The position numbers and the translations under genes are program-made. From positions 32,001 through 96,000 of IMG/VR virus record IMGVR_UViG_3300042691_035156: a DNA stretch of 64,000 nt. One strand, given 5' to 3'. The DNA comes from a virus. Positions within the stretch are counted from its first letter, which is position 1. The number at the start of each line of letters is the position of its first letter. This document shows, piece by piece, positions 1-9,288 of this stretch. The notes beneath the pieces were generated by a model, which worked only from the letters and a program-made list of their open reading frames with translations, made no database searches and was not told the origin of the DNA.

Positions 1-23
1 ACTATTTTCTTCTGGATTTATCT

Positions 24-206
24 TCATAGAAGATGTATTTTACCATTTTCATCACCGAATTTCCATACAACAAGCTTAGAGTCTTCTTTCATATCCTCTG
101 AGTTGCTTCTGTAGTAAACAGATTCGGTTATGTAGTATTCCAACTTTTTTAAGACAGTAAATCTTTTTAATAGTCTGTCTTCAACCTCGTTGCTTATAGC
201 TTCCAT
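24..206 (-). CDS. small hypothetical protein (60 aa)
   Basis: ORF overlaps the HD gene end. Its TGA overlaps an ATG (ATGA) starting another ORF that runs off the window at 27. Confidence 0.55.
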   Translation of the reverse strand: MEAISNEVEDRLLKRFTVLKKLEYYITESVYYRSNSEDMKEDSKLVVWKFGDENGKIHLL

Positions 207-871
207 CTATCTTCCACTACCTTTTCTCCATCAACAACATAGTGCACCTTCGACGCAAGATTGTCTGCAAGGTGAACAATCATGTCAAGGTAAGTTATTG
301 GAGTGGTTTCTGGCACTGGAGACCAGGGACCAAGATGACAACGAACAAGTCTTAATATTGACTGAACAGTTTCCTCAGAAAGAAACAACGTTGAGGACTG
401 CCCTTCACTTGCATACTGTCTATCCTCTTTTTGACAGTCTTTTACAAAAGCACCGACCGTATAGGGGTGGAGAGGGTCATAGTGCATGGGGCCTTCTTCT
501 GAGGTGATTACACCCTTGGTAATATCATGGAGAAGACAGGCAGCATAAACGATGTCCCTATCTTCATCGCTTAAGGAGTAAGAATCCGCAAGAACGCTTG
601 CAGCCCTAACAACTCTTCTTGTGTGCAGTACGTTACCACCGGGGCCATGCTCATCAGAGGGATGGTACTTTCCAGAAAAGCTTGAAGGTATGATCCAAAA
701 TAGGTCGCACTTTAATAAAATTGACCTAACAAAAGACTTAATGTTGTGATCTTTGATCATATTGATTTCATCAAGCAGGGGCTCAAGTTCTATGTCCTCT
801 TCTTTGATGTTTGATACATCCTTCTTGTTTGATTCAGAAAGAATTTCGTCTAGTATACTTTTGTTTTTCAT
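194..871 (-). CDS. HD-domain phosphohydrolase
   Basis: H..HD..H..H..D motifs (LHTRRV, LLHDITK, HPY, CHLGPW, HLAD). Start placed at MKNKS (871), coupled to the upstream stop. Confidence 0.85.
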   Translation of the reverse strand: MKNKSILDEILSESNKKDVSNIKEEDIELEPLLDEINMIKDHNIKSFVRSILLKCDLFWIIPSSFSGKYHPSDEHGPGGNVLHTRRVVRAASVLADSYSLSDEDRDIVYAACLLHDITKGVITSEEGPMHYDPLHPYTVGAFVKDCQKEDRQYASEGQSSTLFLSEETVQSILRLVRCHLGPWSPVPETTPITYLDMIVHLADNLASKVHYVVDGEKVVEDRWKL

Positions 872-1665
872 TTTGCTTTCTTTTCCTTTTTTGACCACTT
901 ATCCCATTTAGCGCATGGCTTATCAAAGGGACACGACTTGCAATACGTTGTAAGCCCTCTTCTTGAGGGAAATACCGATTCAGACGCTATAGATGAGCAC
1001 CAATACGAAAGGGCATCTAAGTCTTCCTGAGATACATTATACTCAATAAATCCTGGCTTTGCACTTATTAGGTCGTAGTATCCGAACTTAGCGTCTTTAA
1101 TCTTTTGTCCATATTTAAAAAAGAAAGCTCTGTGCATGCTGGCCATTTCTGCTACGTGCATGAATTCATTTTTTAAATTGTGATTAAAAGCCCATTTAAT
1201 GACAAAAGTTTTACTACCAGAAGAATATATTAAATCAAATTTGTCTTCAACATAAACACCATTCCCCATTGGAAAAATATATTCACTGTCTATTCCTATG
1301 GGAATAACATCTAGATCTGAAAACTTTTCCACTAAATCCAGTAGTGCTGCTGCCGCCTTAGAGGTAAGGCTTGCAGTGTTTCCATAAAGGCTTTCGTGCT
1401 GCTCATGTATTATGTCATAAGCTGTTGTATTTTTAGGAAACCAAAGTTTTTCCCACCTATTCAGAAGAGAAGAATAAGATGGCGTTATACCACCTTGTTT
1501 TTTGTAAAAGAAAAAATGAACGACACTCTTTAGTGTATTTTCAAATCTTTGAGAGATAACAGATCTGCCGGGAATTGTTTCGGGTAGATTTTGAACATGC
1601 CTAAAATCGTACAGTCTTTCGCATATCTGGAAATCTTTAATTTGTGTAGGAGTTAATTTAATCAT
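868..1665 (-). CDS. PD-(D/E)XK RecB/Cas4-like exonuclease-fold protein, possibly inactive
   Basis: N-terminal TPTQIKDFQIC and C-terminal CKSCPFDKPC (four-Cys Fe-S staple). KFDLI strand is present but the D/E-x-K motif appears replaced by IKW. Confidence 0.7.
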   Translation of the reverse strand: MIKLTPTQIKDFQICERLYDFRHVQNLPETIPGRSVISQRFENTLKSVVHFFFYKKQGGITPSYSSLLNRWEKLWFPKNTTAYDIIHEQHESLYGNTASLTSKAAAALLDLVEKFSDLDVIPIGIDSEYIFPMGNGVYVEDKFDLIYSSGSKTFVIKWAFNHNLKNEFMHVAEMASMHRAFFFKYGQKIKDAKFGYYDLISAKPGFIEYNVSQEDLDALSYWCSSIASESVFPSRRGLTTYCKSCPFDKPCAKWDKWSKKEKKAK

Positions 1666-1673
1666 TTATATCC

Positions 1674-3146
1674 TTAGGAAATCATCATTGAATCTGCTAT
1701 GTCGTCAATGTTATCTAAATCATCATCTTGAATATAGGACTCGGTTGTTATTGGTTCATACTCTTCATAAGTTTTTTTACTATCAACATAACGAACGAGT
1801 GGAGAATCATAAACGAATGTTGATCCAGTAATTCTATTCTTGGGTATTTGAAGCTGCATTATGTGCTCATCTTCTGAGTCATCGCCGCTCATAAGCTTCT
1901 TGTCTGTAATGAAGATAGTAACAGCACACTTCTGCTGAATGGCAAGAGATCCACCAGTGTCAGACTGTTGAACAACTTCTCTTTTTTCTTTCATTCTATT
2001 TGAGTTCTCTTGGGCGGTGATTATGAGAACGCAATTCATGTCTCTAGCTAGCTTTTCTAGCCTAACCATCATTTCTTCAAATTCACCCCATCGTGGCTTG
2101 CCTTTTCCGCTACCTCTTGTGAACATTGACTGTATGGTATCAATGACAATAACGTCAGGCATTCTTTCGTTGTGGCCCATGATGTCTCTGAGCCATCTTT
2201 CTAGATCTTCAAAATAAGGAGTGTCTGGATCATGCCTAACCATGAACCTATCTCCCCATTCGTCTAGTTTTGCCCTAAAAATTGACACATACTTATGCTT
2301 TTCTTCTGGAGACCAGCCTCTTGCCTCAGAGTAAACGTTCTTACCGATTATCTGAGTCATTAACACTCTTTCCCAGTGCGCTATTGCTTCCTCAAAATTC
2401 ACATACAAGATTCTATGCCCTTGGTCTGCCCAGTGATTTACAAGACACTTGGCAAAGGTGCTCTTGCCTTTTCCTGAAGGAGCAATTATTGCGTGGACTG
2501 CTCCCTTAAAAAATCCACCATCATCTGTGTATCCCATTGCTCTATTAAGGGACTTGTACTGAGTTGATAGAAAGTCAGGAATTTCCAAAAGGCTATCTGC
2601 TCTATTGGAAATGTCAACCGCAGTTGTTACATCGTCAAGTGGATTATAATTAAGATCGTTTTCTAGATCTTTAATTGTTGATGTAATCTCAGATATTCTA
2701 AAAATTTCTTTTTCTGTCTTTTCACCCTTTTGAGTGAGCAGGATCTGCAGCTCCTGAAGATAGTCAAGCTGCTTTCTTTTGTTGGCACGGTGCTTGATGA
2801 CCTTAGATATTGACTCGGGAGTAGACATATCCATTGCAAGGAGAATGTCCATAATGGTATCAACACCAGAAAGACCGCCAAGAGCAGAGTATATATCTGT
2901 TTCAGACTCAAGCCAGACCTTAAAAGCAACAGGATCAACTACTTCTAACTTTGTTGCGTGATGGTACGCAAGAAGAGCTCTATAGAATTCATTTATACCA
3001 GTCTGGCCATGGATTGAGCCGACTATATCCTCTGGGAGAGTGGCATCAAAATACTCAATTGCTCCAGGCTGTCTTAATGAAAGAGCAAATATTTGGTACT
3101 CAACAGGATATTCTTTCTCTGTTTTCTCAACCTCATCTACCTGCAT
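1674..3146 (-). CDS. dnaB: DnaB-like (SF4) replicative helicase
   Basis: Walker A APSGKGKST, NFEE, Walker B VIVIDTIQ, TAQEN, PKNR arginine finger. Confidence 0.9.
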   Translation of the reverse strand: MQVDEVEKTEKEYPVEYQIFALSLRQPGAIEYFDATLPEDIVGSIHGQTGINEFYRALLAYHHATKLEVVDPVAFKVWLESETDIYSALGGLSGVDTIMDILLAMDMSTPESISKVIKHRANKRKQLDYLQELQILLTQKGEKTEKEIFRISEITSTIKDLENDLNYNPLDDVTTAVDISNRADSLLEIPDFLSTQYKSLNRAMGYTDDGGFFKGAVHAIIAPSGKGKSTFAKCLVNHWADQGHRILYVNFEEAIAHWERVLMTQIIGKNVYSEARGWSPEEKHKYVSIFRAKLDEWGDRFMVRHDPDTPYFEDLERWLRDIMGHNERMPDVIVIDTIQSMFTRGSGKGKPRWGEFEEMMVRLEKLARDMNCVLIITAQENSNRMKEKREVVQQSDTGGSLAIQQKCAVTIFITDKKLMSGDDSEDEHIMQLQIPKNRITGSTFVYDSPLVRYVDSKKTYEEYEPITTESYIQDDDLDNIDDIADSMMIS

Positions 3147-3780
3147 TCTTCTTCTTTTCTTTCATCTTTTTGTACAGTTCTTTTTTTCTCTGAGAATTTC
3201 TCTTCTTAGCCTCAAGGTAGGCCTTGTTGTCTTTGGCTGATCTTTTTTCTTTTTTGGGGACTTTAGCCTCAGAGGTTCTTATTGCATCAAGTATTCTATC
3301 ATAAACGGATTGCTCCGTCAGCATGTCGTTGTATCTAAATACCACAAGAGTGATGCCGAGCTCTTTGCACATTTGGATCTTTTTTTCGTCTCTCTTTTGC
3401 GCTTCTTTGAATTCGTATGGTGAATCAAAAAACCTTTGAGTGTAAAAAAAGTGCTGTCTACCATGATACTCTGCGGCTAAATTATAGCTTGGGCAGTACA
3501 CATCAAGTTTTAGTCTATCACCTATGTGGTGTTCGTTGATTATCTTTTCTCCTGGAAGGAGTTTTTTCATTATGTTTGTAAGAGCAGCTTGTCCCCTAGA
3601 CATTTTTTTGTGTCTATCTTTTGCCCAAGATAGACCAAGTCTGTTAATTATTTTATTGAGTTCATTAACAGATATTGATAGCTCTTTTGCTATATCGCTA
3701 AGAGACAAGCTGCTCTCTAGAAGCAAGTCGGTAAGAAACTCATCATCATCTTGATGCTCTTCTTTTCTTCTTGCTGACAT
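3133..3780 (-). CDS. HTH plus Vsr/DUF559-like endonuclease
   Basis: N-terminal HTH (LSDIAKELSIS), then LKLDVYCP..AAEYHGRQHF..RDEKK..C...GITLVVFRY. Confidence 0.75.
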   Translation of the reverse strand: MSARRKEEHQDDDEFLTDLLLESSLSLSDIAKELSISVNELNKIINRLGLSWAKDRHKKMSRGQAALTNIMKKLLPGEKIINEHHIGDRLKLDVYCPSYNLAAEYHGRQHFFYTQRFFDSPYEFKEAQKRDEKKIQMCKELGITLVVFRYNDMLTEQSVYDRILDAIRTSEAKVPKKEKRSAKDNKAYLEAKKRNSQRKKELYKKMKEKKKNAGR

Positions 3781-3781
3781 C

Positions 3782-4420
3782 TCATACCCTAGCTTTTGCC
3801 ACCGCTCTTGCTACGGTTAAAGATTTGCCTAAATCAAGAATAGACATCTGAGTCTTTTCCCAAATTCTAGGAGCAATTGCGGAACTAAACATTGGACAGT
3901 CTAGAACACACAAGTCATAATCTCCATTTAACGAAGCTACCTGATCAACTATCGAATCAATCTTATCATAGTAGTCATTGTAGGGTATGTGGATAAAGTG
4001 CGAATCCTTAGTAAAGTATTTTGATATTAAGGATTTGTACTGAAAAGAAACAACTACAGCCTTTGAGTTCTTGACGTAGTAAGTCATGAAGGTATCAAAG
4101 ATATCGTGATTGTTATTGATGTAGTACTCCAAGAATCCTGAGCTATAGAAATTCTCGTTGTTAAGACCAGCTTTTGCGATCTTTTCGTGAATATCCTCAA
4201 GCATGGAGGGCTGAGTTGCCTTAATGAAGTTTTTATCTTGATTAGTTAATCCAGAAAGAATTGACTTGGAAAAATACTTAGGTGGCTTTTTATCTCCTCT
4301 AAGATCTCCAACGGCAGATAGAAGTGCAGACCTAGTGTAGGTTACGATTCCGTATCTTTTCTTAGATTCTAACAGCTCTGTTACTTTTTTGATTGTTTCT
4401 TTTTCGTTTATGGTTATCAC
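3782..4420 (-). CDS. hypothetical protein, possibly GT-D-fold glycosyltransferase-like
   Basis: IHIPYNDYY..IDSIV..DLCVL..ILDLGK resembles the GT-D/DUF1792 C-terminus. Lies within the sugar gene cluster. Confidence 0.45.
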   Translation of the reverse strand: MITINEKETIKKVTELLESKKRYGIVTYTRSALLSAVGDLRGDKKPPKYFSKSILSGLTNQDKNFIKATQPSMLEDIHEKIAKAGLNNENFYSSGFLEYYINNNHDIFDTFMTYYVKNSKAVVVSFQYKSLISKYFTKDSHFIHIPYNDYYDKIDSIVDQVASLNGDYDLCVLDCPMFSSAIAPRIWEKTQMSILDLGKSLTVARAVAKARV

Positions 4421-5106
4421 TTGTAGTCACCCCAATTTAGTAGGACTGGATTCTCGTCTATTATTGATTGAATATGGTTAATGTTATGAAACTCACCCTT
4501 GTCAAGATTCATGTATCTCTCATGTTTGGCCTTCTTGTCCTCGTCTTTTATGTAGCCCAGATGCTTCATAATAAGACCAGACTCAAGCCAATAGTTTCTG
4601 TACCTAATAAGATCTACCACATATGTGGGCTCGGACCCGCAGGCTAATCTTCTGTCGAAAAATGTGCCACCAAGTCTGTATCTAAATAGTCTAGAACTAT
4701 TTGTTGGTGCCCACAATTTATCAACCCTATATTGAACAGGGTTCCACATATGAAAAAATCTTATATTCACAACATCAAACGGAGACTGCTTTAATACTTC
4801 ACCAATCTCCAGATTTTGTTCGTGGTACAGCATTTCGTCACAGTCAATAGCGAGGATCCAGTCCCCCTCTTTTGCGTGCTTCTCAAGATTCTTCCAGGCC
4901 TGAGATCTTAGGTTTCCCTCATTCTCAGTAAATAGTGTTTTATCTGTCTTGTAAACTGTAGCATACTCTGCAGCTATATCTGCAGTATCATCGTCTGAAC
5001 AGTCATCGGTGAATATTATTTTATCTACTTGAGAAGATAATCTCTCAAGAACTGGTCTAAGATATCTGTTGGATTCATTTTTTCCAACCATTTGTGCTAT
5101 AAGCAT
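4417..5106 (-). CDS. glycosyltransferase family 2
   Basis: KNESNRYL, DDCSDD, WILAIDCDE (DxD), HLGY. Start moved to ATG 5106 (GAAAGAGG SD) because the longer ORF start lies inside a terminator hairpin. Confidence 0.85.
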   Translation of the reverse strand: MLIAQMVGKNESNRYLRPVLERLSSQVDKIIFTDDCSDDDTADIAAEYATVYKTDKTLFTENEGNLRSQAWKNLEKHAKEGDWILAIDCDEMLYHEQNLEIGEVLKQSPFDVVNIRFFHMWNPVQYRVDKLWAPTNSSRLFRYRLGGTFFDRRLACGSEPTYVVDLIRYRNYWLESGLIMKHLGYIKDEDKKAKHERYMNLDKGEFHNINHIQSIIDENPVLLNWGDYK

Positions 5107-5119
5107 AGGAACCTCTTTC

Positions 5120-5167
5120 ATAAGAGAAAGAGGCAAGCCTGGCATTTAGCCAAAGGCTTGCCCCCCT
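5120..5167 (-). terminator. intrinsic terminator downstream of the 63-aa gene
   Basis: GGCAAGCCT-TT-GGC/TAAAT/GCC-AGGCTTGCC stem followed by TCTTTCTCTT on the minus strand. Confidence 0.7.
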
Positions 5168-5182
5168 CAACTTAAACTGCTA

Positions 5183-5374
5183 TCAGGCGCTTAGTTCTTC
5201 AAGCTGCTCGTAAGCCTCTGAAGAAGAAATACGGTCAACATCCACTGCACTGAACAGAACCTCGCCAGTTACGCCACGGCGACCCATGGCAAGCTTCTCT
5301 GCGTCAGTCTTATTGTTTGCCTTTACCAGAGTGGTAGTGGTAACAGTGAAGTACTTGAACTTATTATCTGACAT
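5183..5374 (-). CDS. small hypothetical protein (63 aa) with its own promoter and terminator
   Basis: AAAGGGA SD, CGT/CGC/GGC-rich codon usage, flanked by a consensus promoter and a hairpin terminator. Confidence 0.85.
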   Translation of the reverse strand: MSDNKFKYFTVTTTTLVKANNKTDAEKLAMGRRGVTGEVLFSAVDVDRISSSEAYEQLEELSA

Positions 5375-5424
5375 TATATTCCCTTTTTGTTTTAGCCCGG
5401 GCGGGCTTCTTATATTACTTGATT

Positions 5425-5453
5425 AGTATATACCGAAACATCTTAGATGTCAA
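5425..5453 (-). promoter_or_regulatory. sigma70/SigA-type promoter
   Basis: TTGACA-17 bp-TATACT on the minus strand, in the intergenic gap. Confidence 0.85.
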
Positions 5454-5461
5454 GGTGTATG

Positions 5462-6475
5462 CTAGTTTCTCCAAAGCCACTCAGGATTTTTCTTTGTCCA
5501 TTCAACAGTGGATTTAAGAGACTGTTCTAGCGGAACGGGAGGAGACCATCCAAGTTCTGCGAGCTTTTTTCCATCAAGGGCATATCTAAGATCGTGACCA
5601 GGTCTAGTCGTATGAAAATCTTCTAAAACATAGTCTAATGGCTTGCCCCAAAATTCTGCTACCATCTTCGCCATGTCAAGATTATTTATTTCCTTTTCTC
5701 CAACAACGTGATATCTGTCTGGTCTGTCTGCTTGCGGATACATTGCAGCCTTTTTATTCTTAGCAATGAACAATAGAGCGTCCGCTTGGTTTCTTGCGTG
5801 CAGATAAAATCTTGAACCTATGTTTGATTCTGTTCCATGAATTGTCATTGGAATATTGTTTTCAAGATGATACATTATCTTTGGAATGAACTTCTCTGGA
5901 TCTTGACGCTCTCCGATAATGTTCATTGTATTTGTGATAATCACTGGAACATTAAAAGTTCTCCAGTATGAAACGCAGACCGCTTCTTGTGCCGCTTTAG
6001 AAGCGGAGTATGGATTTGACGGAATGATTGTGTCCCACTCCACGTGTGCATAGCCAATAGGTGCGGGACCATAAACCTCGTCTGTTGAAACCTGAATAAA
6101 AGTTTCAGGCTGAATCTTTCTAGCAAGCTCCAGCATATTTACGATAAGAGAAACGTTGTTGACCACAAAAGGAGCTGGATCTGTAATTGATCTATCAACA
6201 TGAGAATCTGAAGCCATTGAAATAATGTAATCAACATAACCTATTTCCTTGATCATCACATCAGAGAATGGCACGGTAAGATCATGAGTGATGACCTTTA
6301 CCCTATGCTTCTCCGCTTCCCAACAAGAAATGGATGTTACTCTGTCAGTAACGCCACGATGACGGAAAGAGTCTGTTGCAACAACATCCCAATCGGTTGT
6401 CTTCAGAATGTGCTCAAGGGTATGGTGTCCGACAAAACCGCCAACACCAGTTAGTAATACTTTTTTCTTATTCAT
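5462..6475 (-). CDS. rmlB: dTDP-glucose 4,6-dehydratase-like NAD-dependent epimerase/dehydratase
   Basis: TGVGGFVG, ASDSHVDRSI, STDEVYG, YSASK, QDPEKFIP, RPGHDLRYALD. Confidence 0.9.
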   Translation of the reverse strand: MNKKKVLLTGVGGFVGHHTLEHILKTTDWDVVATDSFRHRGVTDRVTSISCWEAEKHRVKVITHDLTVPFSDVMIKEIGYVDYIISMASDSHVDRSITDPAPFVVNNVSLIVNMLELARKIQPETFIQVSTDEVYGPAPIGYAHVEWDTIIPSNPYSASKAAQEAVCVSYWRTFNVPVIITNTMNIIGERQDPEKFIPKIMYHLENNIPMTIHGTESNIGSRFYLHARNQADALLFIAKNKKAAMYPQADRPDRYHVVGEKEINNLDMAKMVAEFWGKPLDYVLEDFHTTRPGHDLRYALDGKKLAELGWSPPVPLEQSLKSTVEWTKKNPEWLWRN

Positions 6476-6480
6476 TTTCC

Positions 6481-6885
6481 TTACCTAATTGGATAGTGTA
6501 TTGATATATAGTCAACAGCTTCTTCAATGCTGTCAACAAACTTTGTAGTCATGTACTTCATGTACGGTCTGTTTTTGTTCTGCTCAGAGCACATAACGAT
6601 AGTTGGCTGGTTATGCATCTTTGCCCAGGCCATCTCAAAATCTGTGCCTATGTATGCTCTGTTCTCTAGCATGTACTCAACTATGAGAATATCTGATTTT
6701 CTCTGCATGAAGAGGTTCTTGTGGGCTATCTCTTCTGGAGTCATTCCTTCTTCTTCTGGAATTGAAGTAGGATCAAATATGCCGTAGCCTCTTTGTGAGA
6801 GCATGAACGTGGCTTCTTTTCTCCAGCCACTTGCATATTCTCCAACGTAATCCATTGCGCCGGATAAAAATACTGAAATACTCAT
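6481..6885 (-). CDS. nucleoside 2-deoxyribosyltransferase / NMP hydrolase-like protein
   Basis: VFLSGAM..WR..FDP..SDILIV..GTDFEMAWA pattern. Confidence 0.75.
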   Translation of the reverse strand: MSISVFLSGAMDYVGEYASGWRKEATFMLSQRGYGIFDPTSIPEEEGMTPEEIAHKNLFMQRKSDILIVEYMLENRAYIGTDFEMAWAKMHNQPTIVMCSEQNKNRPYMKYMTTKFVDSIEEAVDYISIHYPIR

Positions 6886-7286
6886 ACTGGCCAATAATAC
6901 TCTAAATTATCTGGCTCGTCAAAATATTGAGAGTAGTATCCAAAATCTTTTCTTAACAAATTGGATCTATGCGATCTATGGAAAAGATCTTGACCAAACC
7001 AAGATGGATAAATAATTGAAGTAGTGTCCACTTCTTCAAAAGACATATTGTTTTTGTATCCTCTAGTTATCCATTCTTGGATAGTGAAGTTCTGATACTG
7101 CTTTAATGCTTCTTCGTAACCAGTCCACATACGAGTGACTGGATGGTTTCTCCAGCCTTTCGTAGGCGTTCTGTCGAGTAATATATTAAGAACTTGAAAT
7201 GTTTCAACACGTTGTTTTCCTAACCGACGATAGTCTAATACTTCTACTGATTTCTTAAAATCAGAGTATGGCAGAAATGTTTGCAT
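6882..7286 (-). CDS. MSMEG_6728-family / pyrimidine-dimer DNA glycosylase-like protein
   Basis: MQTFLPY..LDYRRLGKQRVE..GWRNHP..MW.GYE..HRSHRSNLLRKD..YYWP signature. Confidence 0.85.
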   Translation of the reverse strand: MQTFLPYSDFKKSVEVLDYRRLGKQRVETFQVLNILLDRTPTKGWRNHPVTRMWTGYEEALKQYQNFTIQEWITRGYKNNMSFEEVDTTSIIYPSWFGQDLFHRSHRSNLLRKDFGYYSQYFDEPDNLEYYWPV

Positions 7287-7294
7287 GGTATTTA

Positions 7295-8110
7295 TTAATC
7301 TCTTTCTATACCGAAATGGTCACAGGCTTTTCTGAATATCTCTCTACTTATAGGAAAGTACTTATCGGCATGGCTGACACCTTCTCCAGGCTTTGGCGTT
7401 GATGCGTGCCAGCTGTGTCCAATAGATACACTTCCATCATACACCACATTATATCCTAGGTGTCTTGCAAAATACGAGCACCATGTTTCTTCGTAATAAT
7501 GAGGTGTTGGCAAAAAGGCTCCCATCGCATTTGGGGCAATCTTTTTATATTCTGGGTGATTACTCATCGCTTCCCAAACATTTCTTCTGACGAAGTATGC
7601 TGATCCAGATACCGTTACGCATTCGACTCTGTCTTTGTACAGCAGGTCGTACGGGTCGTGCTCTCTCCAGCCTCTATGTTTTGGAGCCGTATTTGTTCCT
7701 ATGATTCCTGCGTGTGTAATGAAGCCTTTTTCATCTCTCTGCTTTGGGCCCAAAATGTGTATATCGGGGTTATTGTCAAATATGTCCTGTATGTTTGCAA
7801 CATCGGTGCTGGTCAACCACACGTCTCCATTTAACAGTGCTACAACATCTCCGTTTGACTTTGAGGCCATGTAATTGCAAGCGTAGGAATAGCCTACGTT
7901 TTCTTTTAGGTAGAGTCTATCTATCAAGTACTTTTCTTGCGTCTGACGAATCCACGGAATAAAGTCGTCAGACGAGTCATTGTCTGTTATATAAAGGTTC
8001 CATTTTTTGTTGAGCGCGCCATTTGGACTATTGACATCAGAATGCAAAGAGTCCAAAAGTCTCTGCAGCTGGGTTCTTGTGTTGTGATTTACAATACAAA
8101 GATCAATCAT
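7295..8110 (-). CDS. glycosyltransferase family 2 (rhamnosyltransferase-like)
   Basis: IVNHN, DNDSSD, NVGYSYACN, LLNGD, VSGS, YYEET. Confidence 0.85.
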   Translation of the reverse strand: MIDLCIVNHNTRTQLQRLLDSLHSDVNSPNGALNKKWNLYITDNDSSDDFIPWIRQTQEKYLIDRLYLKENVGYSYACNYMASKSNGDVVALLNGDVWLTSTDVANIQDIFDNNPDIHILGPKQRDEKGFITHAGIIGTNTAPKHRGWREHDPYDLLYKDRVECVTVSGSAYFVRRNVWEAMSNHPEYKKIAPNAMGAFLPTPHYYEETWCSYFARHLGYNVVYDGSVSIGHSWHASTPKPGEGVSHADKYFPISREIFRKACDHFGIERD

Positions 8111-8121
8111 TTTTATTTTCC

Positions 8122-8394
8122 TTAAACATAAACTCTTTTAATTATCGTTAGCTCAAACGCATCTCTTGCGGTTAGTCCCATATCAATAAATTCCCAAAAT
8201 TCTTCTTGAGCTATTGACAAATCATTTACACAGAACTCTTCTAATCTATTAAAATATTGATCAACAGTTGGTGGCAAGCTTTTTTTGTTTACGTTTTTCT
8301 TTCTTGAAACCACTACTGTTAATGCCACACAAGACATTAGACCTCCTGCTAGAAATAAAGACTTAAGGGCTTTACCATTCATCGTCTTCACCAC
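8122..8394 (-). CDS. hypothetical protein with N-terminal membrane anchor
   Basis: Hydrophobic LFLAGGLMSCVALTVVV followed by basic residues. The start may be Met 8382. Confidence 0.6.
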   Translation of the reverse strand: MVKTMNGKALKSLFLAGGLMSCVALTVVVSRKKNVNKKSLPPTVDQYFNRLEEFCVNDLSIAQEEFWEFIDMGLTARDAFELTIIKRVYV

Positions 8395-8611
8395 TTACAG
8401 TGCCGTCAAAATATGTTTTTGATATCCAGTCTTGAATGTCTGAAGAAACATTAAGCCAGGATTCCTTTTCTTGCGCATCCTCGCAAGACATTGACATATA
8501 ATAATAGGTTTCTGCTATGTGTTGCAGAACTTCTACTGGTGCAACAAAGATGGCTTCTCCAGAATTTATCTTTACGTTAATTTTTTTCTTTGGATTTGTT
8601 TTCTTACTCAT
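8372..8611 (-). CDS. hypothetical protein
   Basis: ORF with start at MSKKTNP (8611), overlapping the upstream stop. Confidence 0.6.
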   Translation of the reverse strand: MSKKTNPKKKINVKINSGEAIFVAPVEVLQHIAETYYYMSMSCEDAQEKESWLNVSSDIQDWISKTYFDGTVSGEDDEW

Positions 8612-8840
8612 CAGTTTGCTTCTTCTTTTTAATCTCAGCGGACTGAACCTCTTCGTCTGGCACCTGATAAACGCATAGATTATCATTGTCTGGCTCAAAC
8701 GTAACAAAAAGAATCTTCTTATCTTTAAGTGATACTCCTTCTGGAGGAGCAGATTCTAAGGCTATCTTCTTCGATGCACAGCCGTACACCTGACTGATTC
8801 CTTTGTAAACAACTAAATAGTTTAGTTTTCCAGCTGCCAT
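8604..8840 (-). CDS. hypothetical protein (78 aa)
   Basis: Compact ORF in the operon, overlapping its neighbours. Confidence 0.65.
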   Translation of the reverse strand: MAAGKLNYLVVYKGISQVYGCASKKIALESAPPEGVSLKDKKILFVTFEPDNDNLCVYQVPDEEVQSAEIKKKKQTDE

Positions 8841-9286
8841 TTCTCTACCTTAATTGTTTCCACTCCTGCCTTATGCAGGAAGGCTTCGACATTGATCCAA
8901 TCTTTGTATGATGAGTCTTCAAAGTAAAAGACCTGCTTTACCGTTGAATTAGCTATTAGTTTAGCACACGTAAAGCATGGTGGTCCATTCACGTACATTT
9001 TTAGTGGATGAGAACTATAATCAGAATGAAGGAAGGCGTTCTGCTCAGCGTGAACAGCTATACAGTTGTCGTAATTCGATCCAGAAGGAGAATCCTCTAC
9101 ATATCTTGGGCAGCCACCGTCCTCACAGTGATCAAAACCAGAGGGTCCTCCATTGTATCCTGTTCCCACTACGTGCCCATGGGTATCGATAAGCATAGCG
9201 GAATATTTCTTTTTACCGCACGTAGAAAAGGTGCTAGCATACTGAAAGCACAGGTTCATAAATTGTTTATCTTTTCTTGATAACAA
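8822..9286 (-). CDS. dCMP deaminase
   Basis: GTGYNG, HAEQNA and PCFTCAK zinc motifs. Confidence 0.9.
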   Translation of the reverse strand: MLSRKDKQFMNLCFQYASTFSTCGKKKYSAMLIDTHGHVVGTGYNGGPSGFDHCEDGGCPRYVEDSPSGSNYDNCIAVHAEQNAFLHSDYSSHPLKMYVNGPPCFTCAKLIANSTVKQVFYFEDSSYKDWINVEAFLHKAGVETIKVEKWQLEN

Positions 9287-9288
9287 AA

